A stretch of 64,000 nt of DNA from Candidatus Latescibacterota bacterium (GTDB taxonomy: Bacteria; Latescibacterota; UBA2968; UBA8231), in the NCBI GenBank assembly GCA_965206595.1, contig OZ242214.1:3360001-3424000 (forward strand), in the 5' to 3' direction. Under the pieces are notes generated by a model. The model ran no database searches and was not told the origin of the DNA. It saw nothing but the letters and a program-made list of their open reading frames with translations. Positions 39,901-48,837 of this stretch are shown one piece after another (the first letter of the stretch is position 1; the number at the start of each line of letters is the position of its first letter). Both the position numbers and the translations under genes were made by a program.

Positions 39901-40247
39901 TACCCTTCCGCGTTCCGGGCCAGCAGCAGGACCTTGGGCCACTGCGTCTTGCCCGCGGCGCCGCGCGCCCGGTGCGCCGGGACCGGAACGCCGGAAGCCC
40001 CGCCGCGGCCGCGAACCGGCTCCCGCTCACCGGGGTCCGGCTCGGTCAGCTCGACCCCGAGCAGCGGCTTGATCCCCGCCTTCCGGCACTCGAGGTAATG
40101 CAGGATCAGGCCGCTCATGCGGTCGGTGTCGGTGAGCGCCACGGCCGGCAGCCCCAGGCTCCCGGCTCTCTCCGCGATTTCCCCGACGCCGGGAACGCCG
40201 GCGTGGAAGGAGAACATCGAGTGGCAATGAAGGGGAGCGTAGGTCAC
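36999..40247 (-). CDS. dnaE2: Error-prone DNA polymerase III alpha (DnaE2-like)
   Basis: PHP domain (LHCHS, ALTD, GVE), RGSAANS, PPDADLDF, HPGG, KFDILG, FCKSHS and a C-terminal OB fold; no tau-binding C-terminal domain; adjacent to the ImuB-like gene. Confidence 0.85.
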   Translation of the reverse strand: MTYAPLHCHSMFSFHAGVPGVGEIAERAGSLGLPAVALTDTDRMSGLILHYLECRKAGIKPLLGVELTEPDPGEREPVRGRGGASGVPVPAHRARGAAGKTQWPKVLLLARNAEGYGDLCRIVSDRHLAAADFTFARTFARAWPNLFLLTADPGVLRVLAAGPNRGRLFGELVRNSAFTRARSAELAAAAGSLGLSLTASNDSFFLDPGDWQIHRVLTAIGLNSTLSRLRPGEAAPRAAVLASPARMEELFADCPEALANTREIAAGCDVELELNRWIMPRAAVPSGHTPESRLAELAADGLEANYGGHSAAVREKARQLQAMELEVIAKLGYASYFLIVKEIRDWANERFRGGYRRPADCTILRGSAANSITFYNIGVSDLDPIRYDLYFQRFLNEDRASPPDADLDFGWDERELVYDFIVDRWGAERVAVTGTTIHFRARAAFRETAKVFGYTDDQVTAILESRKTRTQRIEDGEIAMLWKLARRLEGKPRYLGQHPGGVLITNGPISRHVACEPSGGAKNRAVTQIDMHNGIDDLGLIKFDILGNGSLSVLRDALAQIDEQGIEDPGVWDLEKCYAEPRVREIIRKGRTKGVFYIESPAQRRLNQKAQAETFEEIAITSSLVRPAGSAYTQLYVERERKRKMGIRDWEFVHPALEPILRETHDVCAFQEDVTKICHQVAGLSFRQADMIRKMMNSQHEGAPDDGTWRATERAFLQGCGDHAGLSGEQARELWKRVSSFTGFSFCKSHSATYAQLSFQCAYLKAHFPAQFLAAVISNGHGFYRRDVYLNEARRWGIRVLPTDVNESGVRYRGRGALMRPGMMHLRGVREKALEAVVAERRAGGRFRDLPDFSHRVPGLHKKEIERLILVGALDGFGLTQPELLWQLDDVAAARGGAASAAAPLLDGLALRPPVPEGLRDYSLAEKCLNELELLGYMISGEILEILDMHPAAAGAVPAADIGRHAGRRIKLFGRRVTDRVHQVQRRGEAMMFLTIEDKSESADVVLWPDVFERCTDVVAGPGPFEVRGRVTEDWGTFTVEADSIRAVDWSPNEIDFELASRKLAESVEGVRRYGDVATAAA

Positions 40248-40293
40248 TTGATTCAGGTGGACGGGAAGAGGGGAGACGGCCGGTGACGGTCGA

Positions 40294-40344
40294 TTGACAC
40301 ATTAAGTGCACATATGTATAGTTGTCTCAGTGAGGCCGTGTCAA
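40294..40344. promoter_or_regulatory. Overlapping divergent sigma70 promoters with a candidate operator
   Basis: Plus strand TTGACA(40294)-N17-TATAGT(40317). Minus strand TTGACA(40344-40339)-N18-TATACA(40320-40315). Imperfect palindrome TGCAC-ATAT-GTATA at 40307-40320. Confidence 0.65.
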
Positions 40345-40525
40345 CGGAAAAAACGGCCGCTTGGTAGTTTTGACGGAATCCCCCGCGTTGGATTTCCTTA
40401 CGATGCTTTGAAGGAGTACAGGGACTTTCTCCACACCCTGGGCAACGGAAAGAGCTTGTCGCGATGGATACCGTTACCGAGGTATTCGACTGCATTGGGC
40501 AGCACGGTAGACCATACGGAAGCTG

Positions 40526-41873
40526 ATGAGCGATAAAGAGACGCAACGCATCCGCGATCCGGTCCATGGTCTTATCGTGTTCGGTGGCGGGAACGACGCA
40601 CACCAGAACGAGACGGACCGAATCGCGTGGCGTCTGCTCAATACCCGGGAATTCCAGAGGCTGCGCCGGATTCGCCAGTTGGGCTTCTCCGACCTGGTAT
40701 ATCCCGGCGCGACACACAGCCGCCTGGCGCACGCCATCGGTGTCTATCACACCGCGCGCCGGCTCATCGAGGTGATTCGCCGACGGCAGGGGAAAACGCA
40801 CGAGGACAAGGAACGGGCGCGAGTCGTACTGTTGGCGACCCTGCTGCACGACATCGGACACGGACCCTTCAGTCACGTCTTCGAGCACGCGCCCTATGCC
40901 GCGAAACGCCATGAAGATTGGGGCGCGGAGATCGTCCAGGGCGAAACCGAGGTCAACCAGGTGTTGCGAGAAGTGGACGAAGTGTTGCCTGAGCACATCG
41001 GCGCGCTGCTGAAAGAGGAAATTCCCAAGGATTTCTACGCTACCGTTGTCTCCAGTCAGTTCGACGCCGACCGGCTCGATTACGTGCAGCGGGATCGCCT
41101 GATGACCGGAGTCGAGTTCGCGCATCTCGATTTTGACTGGCTGCTCGATTGCCTCGAGGTCGGAACGATCACTATCGATCAGGACGAGCCGGTCGAGGTG
41201 CCGTGCCTGTATCTCAATTTCAAGGGAGTGCAGGTGGCGGAGGAGTACCTGCAAGCGCGCTTTCGCCTCTACACAATGGGTCTACATGCACAAGACCACG
41301 CGGGCCGCGGAGAAGATGCTCGACGCTCTGCTGAAGACAGTTACGAAGGATTTGAGAAACTGCGAATTGGCGCGCCGGGATCCGATTTTACGCTACTTTA
41401 CGTCTGAATCGCCGTCGTTGGGTTCGTATCTCGATCTCGACGATGCCGCGGTTTGGGCAACCTTGGCGGCCCTTGCCGAATCACCATCACACCCACTGGC
41501 TTCGGATCTGGCACGCCGTCTGCGAGAGCGCCGTCTTTACAAATGCTTTGATATCGGTATACAGGACAGTTCAGGCGGCAATTTGTACAACCGCTTCAGG
41601 CGCAAATTGCGTGAAAGTCATACTGAGAAGTACAACACCCTTTTATTCGACGACGCGAAGATCGCGCTCTACAAATGGTACGACTTTGCAGATTCCTCGG
41701 TGCTTAATAAGGTTCTGGTAAAAACACGCGCCGAGGATCAAAAACCAAGGGACATTGCAGATGTATCGAGCATCGTCCCTGCGCTTCGAGAAGAGGAGCG
41801 GATTCAGAGGGTTTACGCGCCAGACCAGAACCAGATAGTAGAAGTCAGGCAAATAATGGAGGAGGTCGGATGA
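40526..41873 (+). pseudogene. HD-domain dNTP triphosphohydrolase-like protein (YwfO/SAMHD1-like) with a +1 frameshift at 41278-41280
   Basis: RDPVHG, FQRLRRIRQLG, YPGATHSR..H, LLHDIGHGPFSH and DADRLDY. Removing one G from ATGGG restores the conserved LYTMVYMHKTTR. Confidence 0.85.
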
Positions 41874-42406
41874 AGGCTGAAGACATCGTGGTCAATCTGA
41901 TCATATTGAATGGCGGCGAACTGATCGGCAGGACGCGGCTGCAGAAGGAGGCATATCTTCTGGACCGCTGCGGGGCAAAATTCGGGTTGTCGTTCACTTA
42001 CTACAACTACGGCCCTTACTCCTTCGAGCTGACCGATGGATGGGAGGACGCACGGGCCGAAGGTCGGATTGAGATCGACGAAGAGCCTGGCCGCTACGGT
42101 GTCCCGTATTCGATCTTCAAACTGAAGGAATCCGGCGGCGACCCGGACGACCTGGGTGACATGTCGGCTGCGGCTGCCCGTGCGCGGCTGAGTAAGATGG
42201 CGAGGGTTTCGGACATTGTTCTGGAGCTCGCCGCCACCATCGTCTATCTGAAGAAAGATTACCGCGAGCGGACCATCGAAGAGTTGAAAATTCGCAAACC
42301 TCTCAAGGCGACAGACCCCCTGATCAAAAAAGCCACCGATCTGCTGGACGACCTCGGATTGCCGACTGACGGTACCGAGGATTCTGCAGGACCGCTTACC
42401 CACTGA
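41870..42406 (+). CDS. YwgA-like / Panacea(SocA)-like winged-helix partner protein
   Basis: GRTRLQKEAYLL...F.YYNYGPYS..L and LELAATI; ATGA overlap with the HD gene. Confidence 0.75.
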   Translation: MKAEDIVVNLIILNGGELIGRTRLQKEAYLLDRCGAKFGLSFTYYNYGPYSFELTDGWEDARAEGRIEIDEEPGRYGVPYSIFKLKESGGDPDDLGDMSAAAARARLSKMARVSDIVLELAATIVYLKKDYRERTIEELKIRKPLKATDPLIKKATDLLDDLGLPTDGTEDSAGPLTH

Positions 42407-42639
42407 GAGGACTTCATCCGGCCGGCGAACCTCTTCAGGGAGGCGGCATGGCCGGACTGGAGAGCTTCTACGATCCGACCACCTGGGATCAGGAGCGGCT
42501 CGGACGGCTGGGTCGCCATCCGAGGCCTATGCGCCGCGCCGGATTTCCGAAATGCCTTCCCTGCAGGTGAGATGAGGCAGCAAGACGTTTCCTGCTACTC
42601 ACGCCTTTGAGTATCTCACGAGCCCGAAACCCGAACCGA

Positions 42640-43845
42640 ATGATCCTTCCGCCTGCCCTTCTTCTGGCCGCGGCTCTCGCCGCCGCGGTTGCCGGGTGCA
42701 GCCACACCGCCCCGTACTACCGGGCCGATGTCGCCGCCGGGAGCGCCGGCCCGGCTCTGCCCGCAGAAGACCTCGCTTTCCGCGTAATCCTGATCGGCGA
42801 CGCCGGCGCCCCGGGTCCCGGGGAACCGGTGCTGGCGACCCTGAAGGCGTGGGCGCGCAGGGACTCCGACCGGACCCTGGTCGCCTTCCTGGGGGACAAC
42901 GTCTACGAGGACGGCTTCTCGGGGGCGGACCGGAGGGACGAGGAGCGCCGCCTCGACCGCCAGCTCGACGCCCTCGAAGGGTCACCCGGGCTGCGCGGGC
43001 TGTTCATCCCCGGCAACCACGACTGGGCCGGGGGCTCGGAAGCGGGGCTGGCAGCGGTGAAGGCGCAGCAGGCGTACGTCGAAGGCCGCCTGTCGCCGGG
43101 GAGCTTTCGGCCCCGGGACGGCCGCCCGGGGCCGGTGAAGATCGACCTGCCCGACTCCGCCGGCGCCGTGCTGCGGCTCGTCGCCATCGACACCCAGTGG
43201 TGGCTGCACGAGGAACCGCAGCCGGCCTCCGACCGGGACGGGTTCGTCGCCGGGCTCGTGCGCTGCCTGACGACGGACCTGCCGGTGGTGGTGCTCGCCC
43301 ATCACCCGCTGGAGTCCGCCGGCAACCACGGCGGCTTCTTCGACTGGCGCGACTACCTGTTCCCGGCGACCCGGGCCACCGATGCCCCGTGGGCCTGGCT
43401 GATCCCGGCGCCCCTGGTCTATCCGCTGGCGCGGAGGTTCACGCCGCTGGGGACGGAGCAGGACATCTTCGCGCCGGCCTACCGGGAGATGAAGGAGGAT
43501 CTCAAACGCGCCTCGCGGACGCGAGACGCCGACGGCAGTCTCCTCAAACCGCTCGCTTACGCCGCGGGGCACGACCACAACCTGCAGGTGATGGAGGGAG
43601 GGGAGTTCGCCGACTACCTCGTCGTCAGCGGCGCCGGATCGGCGGTGAAGGCGCGCCCCGTCGGCGACCGGCCGCAGACCCTGTTCGCCCACGAGCACCC
43701 CGGATTCATCCTCGTCGACGTGCTGGCCGACGGGTCGGTCTGGCTGCGGGTCGTCGAGCCCGTCTTCGACGAGGCGGGGCGGCAGCTCGATCCGGGAAGC
43801 GAGCCGGTGCTTTTCACCCTGCGGCTGCGGGCGGGGGAGCAGTAG
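42640..43845 (+). CDS. Calcineurin-like metallophosphoesterase lipoprotein
   Basis: VAGC lipobox; IGDAG, LGDNVY, PGNHDW, HHP and GHDHNLQ. Confidence 0.88.
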   Translation: MILPPALLLAAALAAAVAGCSHTAPYYRADVAAGSAGPALPAEDLAFRVILIGDAGAPGPGEPVLATLKAWARRDSDRTLVAFLGDNVYEDGFSGADRRDEERRLDRQLDALEGSPGLRGLFIPGNHDWAGGSEAGLAAVKAQQAYVEGRLSPGSFRPRDGRPGPVKIDLPDSAGAVLRLVAIDTQWWLHEEPQPASDRDGFVAGLVRCLTTDLPVVVLAHHPLESAGNHGGFFDWRDYLFPATRATDAPWAWLIPAPLVYPLARRFTPLGTEQDIFAPAYREMKEDLKRASRTRDADGSLLKPLAYAAGHDHNLQVMEGGEFADYLVVSGAGSAVKARPVGDRPQTLFAHEHPGFILVDVLADGSVWLRVVEPVFDEAGRQLDPGSEPVLFTLRLRAGEQ

Positions 43846-43852
43846 CCCTTTC

Positions 43853-44860
43853 TCAGACAGGTTCTTCCGCGGTCTTCATCCAGGCCTTGATGCGCTCGTG
43901 CCCGAGCACTCCGGTGTTGAGCAGGTGCCGCGGCCGTCTGCCGACGATGGCGTCGGTAATCTGGGAGAAGGTCATGGCGTCGAGACGCATCACCGACTGG
44001 ACGGTGATGCCGCCGTTGTGGTTGGTGCAGATGATGCGCGGGTGATCCTTGTGGCGCTCGCGCGGGCCGTTGACCGGGTCGTCCACCACGTAGTAGAACA
44101 GCTTCTCCTCGCTGACCGCCCGGTTCACGGCCTCGTCGTCGACGAGGTTTCCCCGCGACGGGTTGATGAGGGAGGCGTGGGGCTGCATGGCGCAGAGCAG
44201 GTCCCAGGTGACGATGCAGTCGTCGCCGGCGACGTGAAGGGACACGGTGTCGCACTCCTCGAACAGCCGGCGCGGTTCCTCCACGGCCTCGGCGCCGAAC
44301 TGCGCAGCGAGGTCTGCGATGTCGGGACGGATGTCGTACACCAGCAGTTTCCCGGTGTCGCCGAGCAGGGGCCTGGCGCGCAGCGCGACCTGCTGCCCGA
44401 TGCGGCCGAACCCGTACAGCCCGAGGGTCGATCCCTGCGCCTCGAAGGTCCGGATGATCGAGAAGTCGCCGCGGTGGGAAAGGCGGTTCAGGGTGTAGGT
44501 GCGCTTGAGAGTCGCCATCCACTGGGCAATCGCGTACTCCGCCACGGTATCCATGTGCACGGGAGTGACGGTGACGGCTACTCCGAGCTCGGTGGCGACG
44601 TCGATCTGCACCTTGTCGAAGCCGACCCCCCAGCGCGCGATCAGGCGCAGGTCCTCCCCCTGCTCGTAGAACTCCCGGTGCACGAGAGCGGAGTCGGCGA
44701 TCACGCCGATCACCCCGTTGACCTTGTCCGCGGTGAGGTCGCCGGTGTAGTCCTCGAGCTCGGCGATTTCGGCGAGCTTCTCCAGTCCCCGGCGGCGGGT
44801 ATCGGAAGCGAACGCGTCGTTCCTGAAGATCTTGCTCAACAGCACTTTCTTCCTTGCCAT
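43853..44860 (-). CDS. D-isomer-specific 2-hydroxyacid dehydrogenase
   Basis: RWGVGFD, VAEY, GLYGFGRIG, VSLH and INPSRG. ATG start at 44860. Confidence 0.88.
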   Translation of the reverse strand: MARKKVLLSKIFRNDAFASDTRRRGLEKLAEIAELEDYTGDLTADKVNGVIGVIADSALVHREFYEQGEDLRLIARWGVGFDKVQIDVATELGVAVTVTPVHMDTVAEYAIAQWMATLKRTYTLNRLSHRGDFSIIRTFEAQGSTLGLYGFGRIGQQVALRARPLLGDTGKLLVYDIRPDIADLAAQFGAEAVEEPRRLFEECDTVSLHVAGDDCIVTWDLLCAMQPHASLINPSRGNLVDDEAVNRAVSEEKLFYYVVDDPVNGPRERHKDHPRIICTNHNGGITVQSVMRLDAMTFSQITDAIVGRRPRHLLNTGVLGHERIKAWMKTAEEPV

Positions 44861-45077
44861 GAGTCTCCCTTTGGTATTGCGCCTTTGGTTGCAGGTTGCA
44901 TACGCTAAACGGCCGGTGAAATTCGCCCTGCGGGCGAGGCCGGGCAACAGCATCCGGTCACCCGAACCGCCCTTTCGGAGAGGCAGCCAGGGGCCGGACG
45001 CCGGCAGGATGGAAGGCCCGTCGCTCTGAGAGGGGCGCAGGCAATCCCGCCACTCAACCCGAACCGAGGATGACGAC

Positions 45078-46172
45078 ATGACTGCCGAAACCCGCGGCAC
45101 CGCTTTCGTATACGTCGGCACCTACACCAACGGCGACGACGGCATCTACCGCTATCGCATGGACCTGAAGACCGGGGCCCTCGAGCCCGCCGGCACCACG
45201 CCGGCCTACAACCCCTTCTTCCTCCTGGCGGACCGGACCGGGAAGCTCCTCTACGCGACAGTCTCGCGGGATGGCGGGGAAGACGGAGCCTACATCGAGG
45301 GAGAGGTCGCCGCCTACGCCATCGAGCCGTCCGGCGAGCTGACCCTGCTCAACACGGAGCGCGCCCACGGCGCCTTCCCCTGCTACCTCGAACTCGACCG
45401 CGCGCAGCGCCACCTGCTCGTCGGCAACTACAACTCCGGCAGCGTCGCCGTGCTGCCGGTGGCCGAGGACGGGCGTCTGGGCGCGGCCACCGACGTCGTT
45501 CAGCACAGCGGCTCCAGCGTCAACGAGGAGCGCCAGGAGGGACCGCACGTCCATTGCGTCGTCCTCGACCCGGCCGAGCGCTTCGCGTACGCCGCCGACC
45601 TCGGCATCGACAGGCACATGATCTACGCCTTCGACGCCGGCGCGGGGAAGCTGACGCCGGCGTCCCAGCCCTGGGCGGAGACCGTTCCCGGAGCGGGCCC
45701 GCGGCACTTCGCCTTCGACCCGGACGGAGCGCGCGCCTACCTGCTCAACGAGCTCGACGGCACCGTGACCCTCTTCGACTTCGACGCCGACAGCGGCGGC
45801 CTGAGCGAACGCCAGACGATCTCCGCGCTGCCGGCGGATTTCTCGGACGAGAACTACGCCGCGGACCTGAGCATTCCGCCGCCGGGCGACTTCTTCTACT
45901 GCACCAACCGCGGCCACGACAGCATCGCCGTTTTCGCCATCGACCGGGAGAGCGGGCTGCTGACCTTCATCGCCCACGAGCCGGCGCAGGGGAGCTGGCC
46001 GTGGAACCTCGAGATCGACCCGGCGGGCCGATTCATGCTGGCGGCGAACTACGAGAGCGACAGCGTCGCGGTGTGGCGGATCGAGGCCGGGACCGGGAGG
46101 CTGACCCCGGCCGGGCACGGGGCGGAGGCGCCGAAGCCTACGGGCGTGGTCATGGCCCCGAGGAGGGGGTAG
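45078..46172 (+). CDS. pgl: 6-phosphogluconolactonase (beta-propeller lactonase)
   Basis: YVGTYT, GNYNSG, RQEGPHVH, ADLGID, GAGPRH and NRGHDSI. Confidence 0.88.
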   Translation: MTAETRGTAFVYVGTYTNGDDGIYRYRMDLKTGALEPAGTTPAYNPFFLLADRTGKLLYATVSRDGGEDGAYIEGEVAAYAIEPSGELTLLNTERAHGAFPCYLELDRAQRHLLVGNYNSGSVAVLPVAEDGRLGAATDVVQHSGSSVNEERQEGPHVHCVVLDPAERFAYAADLGIDRHMIYAFDAGAGKLTPASQPWAETVPGAGPRHFAFDPDGARAYLLNELDGTVTLFDFDADSGGLSERQTISALPADFSDENYAADLSIPPPGDFFYCTNRGHDSIAVFAIDRESGLLTFIAHEPAQGSWPWNLEIDPAGRFMLAANYESDSVAVWRIEAGTGRLTPAGHGAEAPKPTGVVMAPRRG

Positions 46173-47383
46173 GTGGAGAGGGCGGCAGTCGCGAAGGGCT
46201 TGGTTTTGCGGGGGCTATTGCGGCAATGATTGAGTTCGTCTGAATTGAGGATTGAGGGTAGAAGACTGAATCGTGAGCACAGGACGTGGAAAATACTCGG
46301 CAGCCTCGTCTTCACTGGGCTACTTCTATCAGTGCCGGTACGCGCTGCTTGAGGCGTTGCGTCGTTTGTCCGAGGGCAACCCTATCAGCATCAGCATCGA
46401 GACGCTCGATGATGTCGTGTTCGAGACGGACGATTCTGCCGTCGAGGTTCTCCAGACCAAGCATCACATTAATGCTCATGCCAATCTTACCGACGCATCG
46501 CCTGATTTGTGGAAAACACTACGGATCTGGATAGAGGGACAATCTGACGGGAACATTCCCCAGGACGCCCGGTTCTTCCTCATCACTACGGCGGTGTGCA
46601 ACAACGGCACTGCGGCCGCCTATCTCCGCCCGGGGGTTCGGGACGAGAAGAAAGCGTTGGAACGTCTGGCCGCCGCGGCTTCCACGTCCACCAGTGAAAC
46701 CAATTCCCCGGCCTATCGGGCCTTTCGTTCACTGAAGGCGGAGGACCGCGAACTCCTTGTGACATCCATAACGGTCCTCGACGATTCGCCATCAATCGGC
46801 CAGTTGGACGACCAATTGCAACAGGCTGTGTTCTACGCTGTCGAGCGGCAGTTCCTGAGCTCTTACCTTCAGCGTCTCGAAGGTTGGTGGTTCGGACGAG
46901 TCGTGAAGCATCTCCTAGACGACAACGCACTCCCGATAATCGGTGAGGAACTTGAGGCGGAAGCAAGCCGCATTCGGGAGCAGTTCAAAGAAGACAATCT
47001 TCCCATTGACGACGACATCATGTGGGCGACCGTTGACGCGAGCGGGTATATGGGAAGGACCTTTGTGGAGCAGCTCAATCTGATTGACGTAAATCAAGAC
47101 AGAGTGGTCCACGCTATCAGGAACTACTACCGAGCCTTTGAGCAGCGTTCCCGCTGGGTGCGCGAGGATCTCTTATATGTGGGGGACCTTGAACGCTACG
47201 AGGAGCAGCTAATCGAGGAGTGGGACCTCATATTCCAGCAGATGCGCGACGCGCTTGGCGAGGACGCTGCCGAAGAGGCAAAAATCCGTGCTGCACAGGA
47301 TCTCTATAAGTGGGTGGAGACGGGGGGTACACACCGTGTGATCAAGCCCGCTGTCACGGAGCCTGCCATTGCCCGCGGAACGT

Positions 47384-48237
47384 GAACCTATCTCAAAATA
47401 GGCAAACTTAAACTTGTTTTCGAAATGACAGTGATGTACCATTGGTGTATGGTCAACCTGACCGACATGCAATGGCAACGAATCCGCCATCACTTTCCTG
47501 AAGAACTTCGTCCCAAGAGCCATCCGGGTCGCAAACCGGTTTGCACCCGTGATGTTTTTGAAGCCGTCCTTTGGATTCTAAACACCGGGGCTCAATGGCA
47601 TATGTTGCCGCCGTGCTATCCGAACTACAAAACCGTGCATCGCCGTTTTCAAAACGGGTGTCGTCAAGGGGTGGTACGCGAAGTTCTCATGGACTTGGCC
47701 CAGACACTTCACGAGCAAGGGGGCCTGGACGAATCGGAGGCTTTCATCGACGGCATGTTCTCGGCGGCCAAGGGTGGAGGTGCCGATATCGGCCACACCA
47801 GGCGAGGTAAGGGGGTGCGGGTCATGGGGATCGTGGACGGCAATGGGCCTCCCTTGTCGGTGAGCACGCATGCAGCGAACCATCATGAAGTGACGCTGGT
47901 TCAGTTGACCTTTGACTTTTACCTCATCGAAGACCAACCTGACAACTTGATCGGCGACAAGGCGTACGACAGCGATTCGTTGGATGAAGAGCTTAAGAAA
48001 GACGGGATCGAGATGATCGCCCCGCATCGCCAGAATCGGACCAAGAAAAAGACTCAGGACGGACGGCGATTGCGGCGTTATGTGCGGCGTTGGATGGTTG
48101 AGAGATTCTTTGCTTGGCTTCAATGGCAGCGTCGAGTGATCACTCGCTGGGAATTGTATCCGGAGAATTTTCTTGGCTTCGTCCAACTTGCATCCATTTT
48201 GATTTTGCTTAAACAATTTCAATTTTGAGATAGGTTC
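47384..48237 (+). mobile_element. IS5-family insertion sequence (854 bp)
   Basis: Perfect 16-bp inverted repeats GAACCTATCTCAAAAT/ATTTTGAGATAGGTTC; 2-bp target duplication GT. Confidence 0.93.
47425..48228 (+). CDS. IS5-family transposase
   Basis: LTDMQW, LNTGAQWHMLP, KTVHRRF, FIDG, GDKAYDS and RW.VERFFAW. Confidence 0.92.
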   Translation: MTVMYHWCMVNLTDMQWQRIRHHFPEELRPKSHPGRKPVCTRDVFEAVLWILNTGAQWHMLPPCYPNYKTVHRRFQNGCRQGVVREVLMDLAQTLHEQGGLDESEAFIDGMFSAAKGGGADIGHTRRGKGVRVMGIVDGNGPPLSVSTHAANHHEVTLVQLTFDFYLIEDQPDNLIGDKAYDSDSLDEELKKDGIEMIAPHRQNRTKKKTQDGRRLRRYVRRWMVERFFAWLQWQRRVITRWELYPENFLGFVQLASILILLKQFQF

Positions 48238-48330
48238 GTACCAGATGCTGGCGGACGATCTCCGCGTCGGATGGCATCTGGAATTCTGCAAACGTCTCCT
48301 GGCTCTTCTGGCAGGAACGGAGGCCAGCCG

Positions 48331-48837
48331 ATGAAACCGTGGGCAGAACGAACTCGTGAAGAAGCGTACCTGCTGAACCCCGCCTTCTGCTGCGCGACCA
48401 TCACCTCGGCGTGTGCTGGCTACGGTGAATCAAGTGATCAATCGTTGCCGTTCGCTTTGGCTTTTTTGGCTTTCATGGTCCTTCCAATCACTTTGCACAA
48501 ATACACGAGGGGGTCTCTACCCCGCACTATACGCACCTCAATACCCGCCTGGTTGCAGGAGCATCCCGAAGCTAGGCTTGGATTCCATGAACGACTTATG
48601 GCACTACAACCCCACACCCGAGAGTCTATACGCTATGGACTGGCCTTCGACTGGATTGCTATGGGTAACTCAGGGGGCATCCGATGCGTTGCTACGAACG
48701 CGTTAATTAACCGGACGATCCAGTCGCTGGACGGAGATGCCCGAGACTGTGTGTCCCGCGCTCGATTCTTGGGCAGATGGCTCGGCAACACGGCTTCTGC
48801 AGAAACAACTATGGCACTTTGGGGGATTCGCCCTTGA
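48331..48837 (+). CDS. lmuC: Lamassu LmuC / ABC-three-component middle component
   Basis: [17 protein letters not shown] and A.FLGRW...LWGIRP; located between the effector and the SMC-like ATPase. Confidence 0.8.
   Translation: MKPWAERTREEAYLLNPAFCCATITSACAGYGESSDQSLPFALAFLAFMVLPITLHKYTRGSLPRTIRTSIPAWLQEHPEARLGFHERLMALQPHTRESIRYGLAFDWIAMGNSGGIRCVATNALINRTIQSLDGDARDCVSRARFLGRWLGNTASAETTMALWGIRP

Larger units (their letters stand above)
46273..48334 (+). pseudogene. lmuA: Lamassu / ABC-three-component effector LmuA (Cap4-like endonuclease plus C-terminal domain) interrupted by IS5
   Basis: GYFYQ, IETLDDV and LQTKHH nuclease motifs. Removing the IS and one GT restores IARGTYQMLADDLRVGWH..., ending at TGA 48334, which overlaps the lmuC ATG. 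Confidence 0.85.

Noticed and set aside
41270-41285. Programmed ribosomal frameshift in the HD gene
   Set aside because: No slippery heptamer or obvious stimulatory structure; a single extra G (mutation or sequencing error) is simpler.
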